Shown here piece by piece: positions 40,785-50,292 of a stretch of 64,000 bases of DNA (the stretch's first letter is position 1; the number at the start of each line of letters is the position of its first letter). The DNA comes from an uncultured Chloroflexia bacterium (GTDB lineage Bacteria > Chloroflexota > Limnocylindria > Limnocylindrales > CSP1-4), in NCBI GenBank assembly GCA_963720755.1, contig CAVRGP010000013.1:1-64000 (forward strand). Direction: 5' to 3'. Below the pieces are notes generated by a model. The model saw only the letters and a program-made list of their open reading frames with translations, was not told the origin of the DNA and made no database searches. A program made the translations under genes and the position numbers.

Positions 40785-41732
40785 ATGGACAGCCACAACG
40801 ATCTGCTCGGGGAGCTTGCGGCGGATGCCGCCCTCGAACGTTCCGACTTCATCGTCCAGTCGACCGAGCAACTGCACAAGTTCCTGAATCGCCACAAGGA
40901 TCGGATCGCCGTGCTCGGCGGACTGACCCTGATCGACGAGGAACCGGACTTCCTCGCGATCGCGCCGGATCTGTCGTTCCGGAGTCGGAGTCGCTACCTC
41001 GATGACCTGACCGGAGAATGGGTGAACGAGACCGAGGTCATCGAATCGGTCTCCGAGCTCGTCGAGCTCTACAACCCGGCCGACATCTTCGCGGCGTTCG
41101 GCGAGGCCTCCCGCGAGGCTGCCGGGCTGCCGGCCGAACCGACGGCCGAGGGCGACCTGCTCGAAGTCTCGGGGATCTCACCAGAAGAGGGCGTGTCGTC
41201 GGGTGAGGACCCGTACGCGGCGGCGGCGGATTCCTGGGCTGCCGGTCAGCCCGTGTCGCTCACCGAGGACGACGACGAGTCGGCCGCCCGGCGGTTGTAC
41301 GACCTCTCCCTCGAGTACCAGGAGCGGAGCCAGCGCAGCGAAGCGCGCCTGCTCGACGAGTTCGGGTCGGTGGCGGCGGGCCTGGTCACCGTGATCGGGG
41401 ACCTGATCATCGTCGACGACGAGGATGAGCGGCTGTCGATCACGGCGTCGGGTTTCAAGGCCGAGGTCATCCCGGAGGACAGCGACGACGAGTGGCGCAC
41501 GCTCAGTGGAGCCGACGAACTGGTCGAGTTCTACGACCCGACCGACGTCTTCGGGGACCTGGCCGACGCCCTCGCCGAGGCATTCCCGGCGGTCGCTCCA
41601 GAACTTGCCAAGGCGGACGGCGAGGAAGCGGGCGACGAGGCCGAGGACGCGGGCGACGACGGTGAGGAATCCGGCGACGACGCCGGGGAGGCCGACGACG
41701 CCGCGGATACCGAGGATGAGCCGACCGCGTGA
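40785..41732 (+). CDS. Hypothetical acidic protein with an internal duplication
   Basis: GGAGG RBS; two copies of an ELVExYxPxDxF motif; acidic tail; GTGA overlap with pyrK. Confidence 0.8.
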   Translation: MDSHNDLLGELAADAALERSDFIVQSTEQLHKFLNRHKDRIAVLGGLTLIDEEPDFLAIAPDLSFRSRSRYLDDLTGEWVNETEVIESVSELVELYNPADIFAAFGEASREAAGLPAEPTAEGDLLEVSGISPEEGVSSGEDPYAAAADSWAAGQPVSLTEDDDESAARRLYDLSLEYQERSQRSEARLLDEFGSVAAGLVTVIGDLIIVDDEDERLSITASGFKAEVIPEDSDDEWRTLSGADELVEFYDPTDVFGDLADALAEAFPAVAPELAKADGEEAGDEAEDAGDDGEESGDDAGEADDAADTEDEPTA

Positions 41733-42598
41733 CGATGCAGCTCGCGGCGGCGGAGCTGGTCGAGAGTCGGGAGATCCTGCCGGGCCAGTGGCTCCAGGCG
41801 TACCACGCCCCGAGCGTGGCCAGCGGCGCCCGGGCGGGCCAGTTCGTGCATGCGCGGCCGGGTGACTTCTCGGGCCTGATCCTGCGCCGCCCGTTCTCCC
41901 TCAACACGGTCGATCCGGCGACCGGCATCGTGACCATCCACTACCGCGTGATCGGACGCGGAACGGACTGGTTCACCCACCTCCGGCCGGGCGACACGGT
42001 CGACCTGCTCGGGCCGCTCGGTCGCCCGTTCGAAGTCGATCCACGCAGCCGCCATCTGTTGCTCATCGCCGGGGGGCTCGGGATGGCCGGGGTCCGGATG
42101 CTCGCCGACGAGGCGATCCGTGACGGGCGCCGGGTGACGTTGCTGTTCGGGGCAGCATCGGCTCGCGAGGTCTACCCGTCGAACCTGCTGCCCGACGAGG
42201 TCGAATACATCGTCGCGACCGATGACGGCAGCCTCGGCCACCACGGCTACGTGACCGAACTCGTCGGCGACTACGAGGCCTGGGCGGACCAGGCATTCGC
42301 CTGCGGCCCCGCACCGATGCTGGCGGCGCTCGCTCGATCGGTGGTCGGCCGCCAGGAACGGCTCGGCGTCGCCAAGCTCGGCCGGAAACGGGGTGGCGGC
42401 AAGACGGCACCTGCCGGGTCGCCGGCTGCCCGGCGCAAGGCATTCCTGCAGGTGTCGATGGAGCAGAACATGGGCTGTGCGGTCGGGGCGTGTCTCGGCT
42501 GCGTCGTCATGGGCACGTCGGGCGTGCCCCAGCGTGTCTGCCGAGAAGGACCGGTCTTCGCGGCCGAGGAGATCGCCTGGGACGGCGGCTGGTCATGA
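41729..42598 (+). CDS. pyrK: Dihydroorotate dehydrogenase electron transfer subunit
   Basis: AGQFV, LRRPFS, GPLG, AGGLG, ATDDGS, ACGP, MGCAVGACLGC, CREGPVF. Confidence 0.92.
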   Translation: MTMQLAAAELVESREILPGQWLQAYHAPSVASGARAGQFVHARPGDFSGLILRRPFSLNTVDPATGIVTIHYRVIGRGTDWFTHLRPGDTVDLLGPLGRPFEVDPRSRHLLLIAGGLGMAGVRMLADEAIRDGRRVTLLFGAASAREVYPSNLLPDEVEYIVATDDGSLGHHGYVTELVGDYEAWADQAFACGPAPMLAALARSVVGRQERLGVAKLGRKRGGGKTAPAGSPAARRKAFLQVSMEQNMGCAVGACLGCVVMGTSGVPQRVCREGPVFAAEEIAWDGGWS

Positions 42599-42682
42599 GT
42601 GATCCCGACCACCTGGACGATCCCGCGAGATTCAGCAAATGCGATCAAGCGTGACCGACGAGTCGGCGGCCATCATCCCGTC

Positions 42683-43600
42683 ATGACCGCTGCGAGCGAT
42701 ACCTTCGTCGCCTTTGTGGACGTCCTGGCGGACGCGCTGGACGATCACACCGCGATGGGCGAGGACCTCGCAGCGCGCCTGCACCTGTCGCGCTACCACT
42801 TCGATCGGATCATCGCGTCGGTCGCCGGCGAGCCACCAGCCACGTTCCGGCGTCGATTGCTCCTGGAGCGAGCCGCCTACCGGCTGTTGACGACGCGGCT
42901 CCGGATCATCGACATCGCGCTGGACGCCGGCTATGGATCGAACGAAGCGTTCTCGCGAGCCTTCGTGCGAGCCTACGGCACGACGCCAAGTCGTTGGCGG
43001 AGTCGACCGACTCAGACGCAGATCGAAGCCCCGAGCGACGTCCATTTCTATCCCCCCGGCGGGCTTCGCCTGCCGTCCAGAGCCAAGGAGACTGCCATGG
43101 ATCTCGTGACGAAGATGGTCGAACATCACGTCTGGCTGACCGGCGAATTCATCGACCGGGCAGCGCGCCTTGACGATGCCACGCTCGACAAGCCGATCGT
43201 CCTCTCGGTCGAAGGGCTCGACGACGACCCGACGCTCCGCTCGTTGCTGTCCCGATTGGTCGGCCAGATGGCGATGTGGAATGCAGCGATGGCCAGCCGC
43301 GACTATGACTGGTCGATCGAGGAACATGAGACCATCGCCTCGATGCAGCAGCGACTTGCGACCGAGGGCCCGACGTTCCTGGACCACGTCCGCGAGGTCT
43401 CCGGACAGGCACGGCTGGACGACACCTTCGTGGACGCGCTGTGCGAGCCGGTCGAGGTGTTCACCTATGGCGGGATGATCGCCCACGTCCTGACGTTCGC
43501 GGCCCATCGCCGGACGCTGGTCGCGGGGGCGATGATCGATGCCGGGGTCACCGACCTCGGGGCCGGCGATCCTCGACGGTGGGTCGAGCCGGCTGCATGA
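42683..43600 (+). CDS. AraC-family regulator (N-terminal HTH) fused to a DinB-like C-terminal domain
   Basis: LHLSRYHFDR, RLLLERAAYRL, IALDAGYGSNEAFSRAF...YGTTPS; C-terminal AHVLTFAAHRR. Confidence 0.85.
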   Translation: MTAASDTFVAFVDVLADALDDHTAMGEDLAARLHLSRYHFDRIIASVAGEPPATFRRRLLLERAAYRLLTTRLRIIDIALDAGYGSNEAFSRAFVRAYGTTPSRWRSRPTQTQIEAPSDVHFYPPGGLRLPSRAKETAMDLVTKMVEHHVWLTGEFIDRAARLDDATLDKPIVLSVEGLDDDPTLRSLLSRLVGQMAMWNAAMASRDYDWSIEEHETIASMQQRLATEGPTFLDHVREVSGQARLDDTFVDALCEPVEVFTYGGMIAHVLTFAAHRRTLVAGAMIDAGVTDLGAGDPRRWVEPAA

Positions 43601-44556
43601 CCGACCTGACCGTCGATCTGGGGCGCGGTCTCGTCCTGCCCAACCCGATCCTCGTCGCGTCCGGGACATTCGGTTATGGCGTCGAATACGGCGACGTGGT
43701 CGATGTCGATCGGCTCGGCGGGATCTGCTGCAAGGGCACGACGCTCAAGGCCAGGATCGGCAACCCGACGCCGCGGGTCACCGAGACCCCGGGCGGGATG
43801 CTCAACTCGATCGGTCTCCAGAACCCCGGGGTCGATGCCGTGCTCGACAAGTACGCGGACACGTGGGCGAGCTGGAAGGTGCCGGTCATCGTCAATGTCG
43901 CCGGTGAATCGGTCCACGATTATGTCGAGGTCGCCCGCCGGCTCGACGGGGTCCCGGGCGTGGCCGCGATCGAGCTCAACATCTCGTGCCCGAACGTGGG
44001 GGCGGGCGGGCTCCAGTTCGCGATCGATGCCGGCGCGGCCGCGGAGGTGACCGCGGCGGTCCGCCGGGCGACGGTCCTGCCGCTGCTGGTCAAGCTGTCG
44101 CCGAACGTCGCCGATATCCGGCCGATCGCCCGGGCCATCGAGGACGCAGGGGCGGACGCCCTGACCGCGATCAATACCCTGTCCGGGATCGCCGTCGGGC
44201 CCGGCCGGCAGCGACCGCTCCTTGGCAACATCTACGGCGGCCTGAGCGGGCCGGCCGTGAAGCCTGTCGCCCTGCGCGTCGTCTACGAGGCGGCACAGGT
44301 CGTCGGGATCCCGGTGGTGGCCATCGGCGGCGTCACCGAACTGGCCGACGTCCTCGATTTCCTGGCCGTGGGTGCCGTGGCCGTCCAGGTCGGCACCGCG
44401 ATCTTCGCCGACCCGACGATCCCGGTCCGGCTCGTGGATGAGCTGGACGCGGAATGCGAACGGCGTGGGCTGAGCTCCTATCGCGACCTGATCGGGACGG
44501 CCCTGCCGGCCAAGGCGGGCAGGCCGTCGGCAAAGGGTGTCGAATACCGGCCGTAA
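43597..44556 (+). CDS. pyrD: Dihydroorotate dehydrogenase (family 1B)
   Basis: NPILVASGTFG, GMLNSIGLQNPG, ELNISCPN, VKLSPN, AINT, GGLSG. Confidence 0.96.
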   Translation: MTDLTVDLGRGLVLPNPILVASGTFGYGVEYGDVVDVDRLGGICCKGTTLKARIGNPTPRVTETPGGMLNSIGLQNPGVDAVLDKYADTWASWKVPVIVNVAGESVHDYVEVARRLDGVPGVAAIELNISCPNVGAGGLQFAIDAGAAAEVTAAVRRATVLPLLVKLSPNVADIRPIARAIEDAGADALTAINTLSGIAVGPGRQRPLLGNIYGGLSGPAVKPVALRVVYEAAQVVGIPVVAIGGVTELADVLDFLAVGAVAVQVGTAIFADPTIPVRLVDELDAECERRGLSSYRDLIGTALPAKAGRPSAKGVEYRP

Positions 44557-44631
44557 GCGTGTGGCTTGGGGCGCGGTCACGTTCCGCGGTCGTGTGCCGG
44601 CCTCCGTGACCGACCCGCGTAGACTCTTGGC

Positions 44632-45330
44632 ATGACCACCGTTCGACCGGCCCTCGACGCCGCCATGCGCAAGACGCTGGCGCTGCGCACCGAAGCCCTG
44701 TTTCGCAGTTCCGGAGCCTTCCGCGAGGGGCATTTCCTGCTCAAGAGCGGCCGCCATGGCGACGCGTACGTCGAGAAGTTCCAGGTCCTCCAGGATCCGG
44801 CCGCGACGAGCGAGCTGTGCGGCTACTTCGCGGCCCATGGCCGGGACGCCGAGGGAGGCACGATGGTGGACCTCGTCGCCGGCCCGACGACCGGCGGCAT
44901 CATCCTCGCGTTCGAGACCGCCCGCCATCTCCGTGTCCGGAGCATCTTCGCCGAGGAGGTCCGGACCGAAGACGGCACGACCCACAGGGAGTTCCGGCGA
45001 GGGTTCCGGATCGAACCCGGCGAGAAGGTCCTGCTCGTGGACGACATCCTGACGACCGGTGGCTCGCTCCTGGCCATGCTCCCGGCCATCGAGGCGATGG
45101 GCGGCGAGATCGTCGAGTGCGTCGTGCTGGTCGATCGGAGCGGGGGCCGAACGACGCTCACGTCACCGTCCAGCCGCCGGGTCTACCCCGTCCGCTCGCT
45201 GTGGCAATTGGATCTGCCGACGTACCAGCCGGGACCCGACTCCTGTCCGCGCTGCGCGGACGGGACGCCGCTCCATGCGCCGGGCAGTACCGGCACCGGC
45301 CCGGTCGGGGCAGCCCCGACCGGAGCCTGA
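44632..45330 (+). CDS. pyrE: Orotate phosphoribosyltransferase
   Basis: GHFLLKSGRH, FRRGF, LLVDDILTTGGS. Confidence 0.93.
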   Translation: MTTVRPALDAAMRKTLALRTEALFRSSGAFREGHFLLKSGRHGDAYVEKFQVLQDPAATSELCGYFAAHGRDAEGGTMVDLVAGPTTGGIILAFETARHLRVRSIFAEEVRTEDGTTHREFRRGFRIEPGEKVLLVDDILTTGGSLLAMLPAIEAMGGEIVECVVLVDRSGGRTTLTSPSSRRVYPVRSLWQLDLPTYQPGPDSCPRCADGTPLHAPGSTGTGPVGAAPTGA

Positions 45331-45341
45331 CCGGCCGGGCG

Positions 45342-45701
45342 TTGGATCGACGGAGCCGGAACCTGTTCGCGGCGATCCTGATCGTCATCTTCGCCGCGAC
45401 GGCGGCGGTCGCCGTCCTGGGTGGGTCCGGCCCGTCGGCATCAGCTGCCCCGAGTGACGCGCCATCGGTCGTCGGGGTCGTCGTCGGGGTCGATTCCCAG
45501 GGGCTCGACAAGGTGTCCGGGTTCAGTCTCCGGACGACCGACCAGGGAACGCTCGAGTTCACGATCGGGGTCCTCGAGAACGGGGCCCAGTTCCCGCCCG
45601 GGCACCTGATCGAGCACCAGGCATCGGCCAGCCCGGTCCGGGTCTGGTATCGAGACCAGGACGGGGTGATGGTCGCGATCAGACTCGAGGATGCGACCTA
45701 G
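45342..45701 (+). CDS. Hypothetical exported protein with a GHLIEH motif
   Basis: TTG start, N-terminal TM/signal, beta-rich domain. Confidence 0.65.
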   Translation: MDRRSRNLFAAILIVIFAATAAVAVLGGSGPSASAAPSDAPSVVGVVVGVDSQGLDKVSGFSLRTTDQGTLEFTIGVLENGAQFPPGHLIEHQASASPVRVWYRDQDGVMVAIRLEDAT

Positions 45702-45709
45702 CGGCTGGG

Positions 45710-46723
45710 TCAGCCGCCGGCGCTGATGACCGGCAGGATGGCGTCGAGTTCGGCCTGGCTGATCGTGACCCCGTAGGAGCCTTGCACGACGCCCTGGCGA
45801 TCGACCGCGAAGATCCACGGTTCCGCCAGCAGGCCCCACTGGTTGGTCGCGTCGGTGGCGATGAGTTGCCCATTCGCGTCGAGCACGGGCTGGAGCTGTC
45901 CGTCGACGTCGTGGAGCTTGTACGGCTCGACGTTGATGAAGGTCACGTTCGGATTGGCGGCGGCCACGGACTTGAGTGAATCGAGGGTCGGACCGCACTG
46001 GCCGGTCTGGCAGAACTTGGGTGTGGCGAAGATCAGCATGAACGGGTCATGGGCGGCGAGCGCGTCCGCCACCGACGTCTGGTAGAAGGCCGGATCCGGG
46101 CTCGGGTCGGTCGAGATCCTGGTGACGTCGCCACCGACGTCGGCGACCGTGGGCGTGACCGATGCGGGTGCCGGCTGGCCGACCGGGATCGTCGTCGGCG
46201 TATCGATGACCGCGAAGGTCAGGCGAACGGTCTCGGCCGGGGAGCCGGGCGCCTCGGTCGTGAATTCGGCACCCCAGGTCCCGGCCTCGGGCAGGTCGAC
46301 GTTGACGACGTACATCCCGCGGACGTCCGGGATCGTCCAGACGAACGCGCCCTGGGCCGTGGCCACGACCTTCTCCGGGTCCCGCGCCAGATCGTAGAAC
46401 GCGACCGAGGCCGTCCGGTCGGGCGCGCTGGCCACGTTGTTCTGACTGTCGAGGTACAGGAACAGGAGTCGGGTCTGTCCGCAGGTGATGGCCGAGGAAA
46501 CGAGGAACGGTGTGAGCGTCGGTGCCGTGGACGGGGTCCCCCAGCCGGCGACCTCGCCGACGTCGGGGGCGGAATCGCAGACCGCGTTCGCCGGCGTGGC
46601 AGACCCAGCGGCCGACGACGGCAGGGTCGTGCCACCTGCGGCCGGGGACGAGCTGGCGCCACCGCAGGCCGCCACGAGCAGGGCGACGAGCGACAGGCTG
46701 AGGGTCAGGCGTCGGGGGGACAT
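45710..46723 (-). CDS. Lipoprotein with a thioredoxin-like C-terminal domain (CxxxxC)
   Basis: Lipobox LVAAC; FATPKFCQTGQCGP; WGLLAEPWIFAVD. Confidence 0.8.
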   Translation of the reverse strand: MSPRRLTLSLSLVALLVAACGGASSSPAAGGTTLPSSAAGSATPANAVCDSAPDVGEVAGWGTPSTAPTLTPFLVSSAITCGQTRLLFLYLDSQNNVASAPDRTASVAFYDLARDPEKVVATAQGAFVWTIPDVRGMYVVNVDLPEAGTWGAEFTTEAPGSPAETVRLTFAVIDTPTTIPVGQPAPASVTPTVADVGGDVTRISTDPSPDPAFYQTSVADALAAHDPFMLIFATPKFCQTGQCGPTLDSLKSVAAANPNVTFINVEPYKLHDVDGQLQPVLDANGQLIATDATNQWGLLAEPWIFAVDRQGVVQGSYGVTISQAELDAILPVISAGG

Positions 46724-46780
46724 CGCGGTCAGGGTATCGCGGGTGGCCGGAACGCGCCGTGGCGCTAGAATGGCGACTCC

Positions 46781-48643
46781 GTGAACCGCTTCCAGAAGCT
46801 CGCAGCTCTGACCCTGGCGACCGCCCTCGGGCTGGTGACCATCGGTGTCATCGTGCGCGCGACCGAGTCCGGTCTCGGGTGCCCCGACTGGCCGCTGTGT
46901 CACCAGCAGATCATCCCGCCACTCGATGACGCCAAGGCCTGGATCGAGTGGATCCACCGCTCCGTCGCGGTCCTCATCGGGTTCGAGATCCTGGCGCTCG
47001 CCATCCTGGCCATCCGCGACTATCGCGATCGCCGGTCCATCCTGTGGCCGTCCATCGGCGCGGTCGGCCTGGTCGGCTTCCAGGCCTGGCTCGGTCGCGA
47101 GACGGTCCGGCTCGGCAACAGCGGTGAATCGGTCACCGCGCATCTGGCGTCCGCCCTGATCCTGGTCGCCCTGCTCGTGTTCCTCACGGTCCGGGCCGGC
47201 TACCCGGCGAGGATCGGCGGCCGGGGCGGGAGTCAACGGTTCACCCTGCTGGCCGCGTTCACGACCGCGATCACCTTCGCGCTCCTGCTGTTCGGCTCGC
47301 ACGTGACGGCCACGTCGTCCGCCCTCGTCTTCCCGGATTGGCCGCTGATGGACGGATCGTTCTTCCCGGCGGTGACCGATGTGACCGCGGCCAATGTCCT
47401 GCATCGATGGGTGGCCGGGTTCGTCGGCCTCATCGTCGTTCTCCTCGCCGTCGTCGCCTGGCGAACCCAGCGCGGTCATCCGACGCTCGTCCGGCTGGCC
47501 GTCGGGGCCGCCGCCCTGTTCGCGATCCAGGTCGTCATCGGTGGCGCCCAGGTCCTCACCCAGCTGGCTGCCTGGACCCAGACCCTGCACCTGGCGCTGG
47601 GGGCGGTGATCTGGGCGATGCTCACCGGCCTGACGATCACGAGCTACTACACCGCCCGGATCGCAGCGCCCGCGGGATCGAGTCCGATCCCCGACGCCAG
47701 TGCGGGAACGCCGCCGCCACCCACCACCAAGGACACGATCCGGGCGTACATCGCGCTGACCAAGCCCAGGATCATCGAACTGCTGCTCGTGACGACCGTC
47801 CCGGCGATGGTCCTCGCCACCCGCGACCTGCCGGGCAACGCGGGTGGGGTCGACTGGGGCGACTGGGGCACCCTCGTCTTCTGGACGATGCTGGCAGGCA
47901 CGCTTGCGGCCGGCAGTGCGAACGCGATCAACTGCTATCTCGATCGCGACATCGACCTGCTGATGACCCGGACGCGCCGCCGCCCGCTGCCCGCCCACCA
48001 GGTGGAACCGGAACGCGCAGTCGTGTTCGGCCTCGTGCTCGGCGTCATCTCCTTCGTCGTGATGGCCTGGTTCGTCAACCTGACGGCCGCCTTCCTGACC
48101 CTGCTCGCGATCGCGTTCTACGTCATCGTCTACACGATCCTGCTGAAGCGATCGACGCCCCAGAACATCGTCATCGGCGGGGCCGCCGGGGCCCTCCCGC
48201 CGGTCATCGGCTGGGCCGCCGTGACTGGCAGTGTCGGTCTCCCCGCGATCATCCTGTTCCTGCTCGTCTTCTACTGGACGCCGCCCCACTTCTGGGCGCT
48301 GTCGCTCCGGATCCGCAAGGACTACGCGGCGGCCGGCGTCCCGATGCTGCCGGTGGTCAAGGGGATCCCGGAGACGACCCGGCAGATCGGCCTGTACACG
48401 ATCCTCATGGTCGCGATCTCGCTCGTCCTGTTCGCGGTCGGACGGATGGGTCTCATCTATCTCGTCGCCGCAGTGACCCTCGGGGCGATCTTCCTGTGGC
48501 AGGCCTACGGGTTGTGGCGTCGCGGCGCCTCCGAGGAGGCCTCCACCGCGGGCGCCATCCGTCTGTACAAGTACTCGATCAGCTACCTGAGCCTGCTGTT
48601 CCTCGCGGTCGCCATCGACGCCCTGGTGGTGATCCCGGTCTGA
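46781..48643 (+). CDS. ctaB: Heme A synthase (CtaA/COX15) - heme O synthase (CtaB/CyoE) fusion
   Basis: GLGCPDWPLC and EWIHR in the N-terminal part; LTKPRI, DRDID..MTRTRRRP, NIVIGGAAGA, WTPPHF, DYAAAGVPMLP in the C-terminal part. Confidence 0.92.
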   Translation: MNRFQKLAALTLATALGLVTIGVIVRATESGLGCPDWPLCHQQIIPPLDDAKAWIEWIHRSVAVLIGFEILALAILAIRDYRDRRSILWPSIGAVGLVGFQAWLGRETVRLGNSGESVTAHLASALILVALLVFLTVRAGYPARIGGRGGSQRFTLLAAFTTAITFALLLFGSHVTATSSALVFPDWPLMDGSFFPAVTDVTAANVLHRWVAGFVGLIVVLLAVVAWRTQRGHPTLVRLAVGAAALFAIQVVIGGAQVLTQLAAWTQTLHLALGAVIWAMLTGLTITSYYTARIAAPAGSSPIPDASAGTPPPPTTKDTIRAYIALTKPRIIELLLVTTVPAMVLATRDLPGNAGGVDWGDWGTLVFWTMLAGTLAAGSANAINCYLDRDIDLLMTRTRRRPLPAHQVEPERAVVFGLVLGVISFVVMAWFVNLTAAFLTLLAIAFYVIVYTILLKRSTPQNIVIGGAAGALPPVIGWAAVTGSVGLPAIILFLLVFYWTPPHFWALSLRIRKDYAAAGVPMLPVVKGIPETTRQIGLYTILMVAISLVLFAVGRMGLIYLVAAVTLGAIFLWQAYGLWRRGASEEASTAGAIRLYKYSISYLSLLFLAVAIDALVVIPV

Positions 48644-48652
48644 TCGGTCCGG

Positions 48653-50230
48653 CTACTCGCCACGCGCGAGATCGGCCAGGAGCGGTTCCTCGGTCAGCGG
48701 CCCACCGAGGAACGTCTCGAGCAGGACGGCCGGCGACTTCGACGCTCCGGCCACGAACAGACCGTCCGCCACGAACCGGTACCAGCCGGGGTCACCGTCG
48801 AACCACTCGCCGCGGATCGTGGAGATCCGTTCCCGGACCGCGGCCGCCATGATCGCCGACAGCGCGTAATTGGCGAGGTACCCCGGTCCGTCGATGAGCT
48901 GGCCGCGGAGCGCCCACCACGACCACTCGGGATGCGGCTCGACCCCCAGTCCGTCCGCCGTCACCTCGGTCCAGACGTCGTTCGGCCGGCGGTCCGGATG
49001 GCGATGGACCTCGATCTCGAAGAGCGCCCAGCACACGTCGAGCATGACCGACACGTAGCGGCTGAGCATCGCATCGCGAACCTCGGCCGACGATCCCAGC
49101 CAGCGGGTCTGCCAGGCGGGTTCGTCGGCATCCCAGCCCAGGACGTCCGCCGTGCCCTCGAGGAAGGCCGCGCTCGACTCCGGGAAGTCGAGGTACGCGG
49201 GACGCGTCCGGATGGCCGCCATGTGGATGGCGTGGCCGCTCTCGTGGAGCAGCTCGAGCAGGTTGCCGACCCCACCCTCGGCGTAGGTCGCGAACACCCA
49301 GGGCGGGCGCGGCGTCCAGGCACCCGGGCGTTGCGCCGGCGTATCGTCCGCGCCCATGCCAAGGGTGAAGGCGACCGGGATCAGCGGCCGACCCGGCCGG
49401 GGGAGGACGTCGTACCGGATGCCCGACGCCACCGGATCCGCGCCGAGCGACGCCAGGTAGGCCCGGTTCAGGTCCAGGAGTCGACCGGAGGGCACGAGCC
49501 CGTCGAGCTTCCGGGCCGCGGCACCCGCGACGTAGCGAAGATCCCACGGCTCGACCCGGGCAGGCCCCAGGACCCTCCGCCACGCTGCCAGGATCCTCCA
49601 GAGCATGGGCTCGAGCGAACCGGCGGGCAGGCCGAGGGCGATCGCATTGGCCTCGATCGGCGAACCGTGAACGGCCCAGCGCGAGGCGCTTGCCCGGACC
49701 AGGCGACGATATGGGCTCGACTCCCCGCCGTCCCCATCGACCGTCCGCCAGACCGGATCCATGGCTTCGAACAGGGCCCGCCGCCGGGCTCGATCGGGTT
49801 CCGTCGCCAGCCGGGCCAGGACCGTCGGCCGGTCCACCGTTCCTGCGTCGATCCGGATCGCGTCCGCGGCTCGCCCATAGCGGTCGAACAGCCTGGCCCG
49901 CGCTCGGGCGGTCGCGGGCTCCTCGTCCGTCGTCCCGCCTTCGACCTGTCGTGCCCCCGGCGTCGGCTCGAGTTCGTCGGCCCACGGCAGGGTCGCCCGC
50001 ATGTTGGCGACCGCACGTGCGTCCTCCGTCGCGAGCTCCGATCCGGCGCTTCCCGCCAGGGCGTCGAGGATCGAGTCGAACGCCCGCCGGCGGGCCCGAT
50101 ACCGTCGCGCCAGGGTCGTCGTCGAACCCGCCCCGGGGTCGGCCGGCTCTCCCCGGCTGCGCGCGACGACGAGGTCGCCCAGGGCGGCCAGCAGGGATGC
50201 GTACGACCGTTCAACCGCCTCGACGTCCAT
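48653..50230 (-). CDS. M3/M2-like zinc metallopeptidase
   Basis: LLHESGHAIH with a downstream E (AFLEG) and YLANY. Confidence 0.7.
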   Translation of the reverse strand: MDVEAVERSYASLLAALGDLVVARSRGEPADPGAGSTTTLARRYRARRRAFDSILDALAGSAGSELATEDARAVANMRATLPWADELEPTPGARQVEGGTTDEEPATARARARLFDRYGRAADAIRIDAGTVDRPTVLARLATEPDRARRRALFEAMDPVWRTVDGDGGESSPYRRLVRASASRWAVHGSPIEANAIALGLPAGSLEPMLWRILAAWRRVLGPARVEPWDLRYVAGAAARKLDGLVPSGRLLDLNRAYLASLGADPVASGIRYDVLPRPGRPLIPVAFTLGMGADDTPAQRPGAWTPRPPWVFATYAEGGVGNLLELLHESGHAIHMAAIRTRPAYLDFPESSAAFLEGTADVLGWDADEPAWQTRWLGSSAEVRDAMLSRYVSVMLDVCWALFEIEVHRHPDRRPNDVWTEVTADGLGVEPHPEWSWWALRGQLIDGPGYLANYALSAIMAAAVRERISTIRGEWFDGDPGWYRFVADGLFVAGASKSPAVLLETFLGGPLTEEPLLADLARGE

Positions 50231-50292
50231 CGAGGCCGAGGATACGCGTCGCGGCCACGGCAGATCGGCCGCCGTGCTGGCACCATGCATGG

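Noticed and set aside
46724-48289. Long antisense or alternate-frame ORFs (e.g. the upstream part of 45710..48289, 57034..58722, 43465..44985, 35493..36875)
   Set aside because: These are shadow ORFs expected at high GC. They overlap well-supported genes and show no recognisable motifs.
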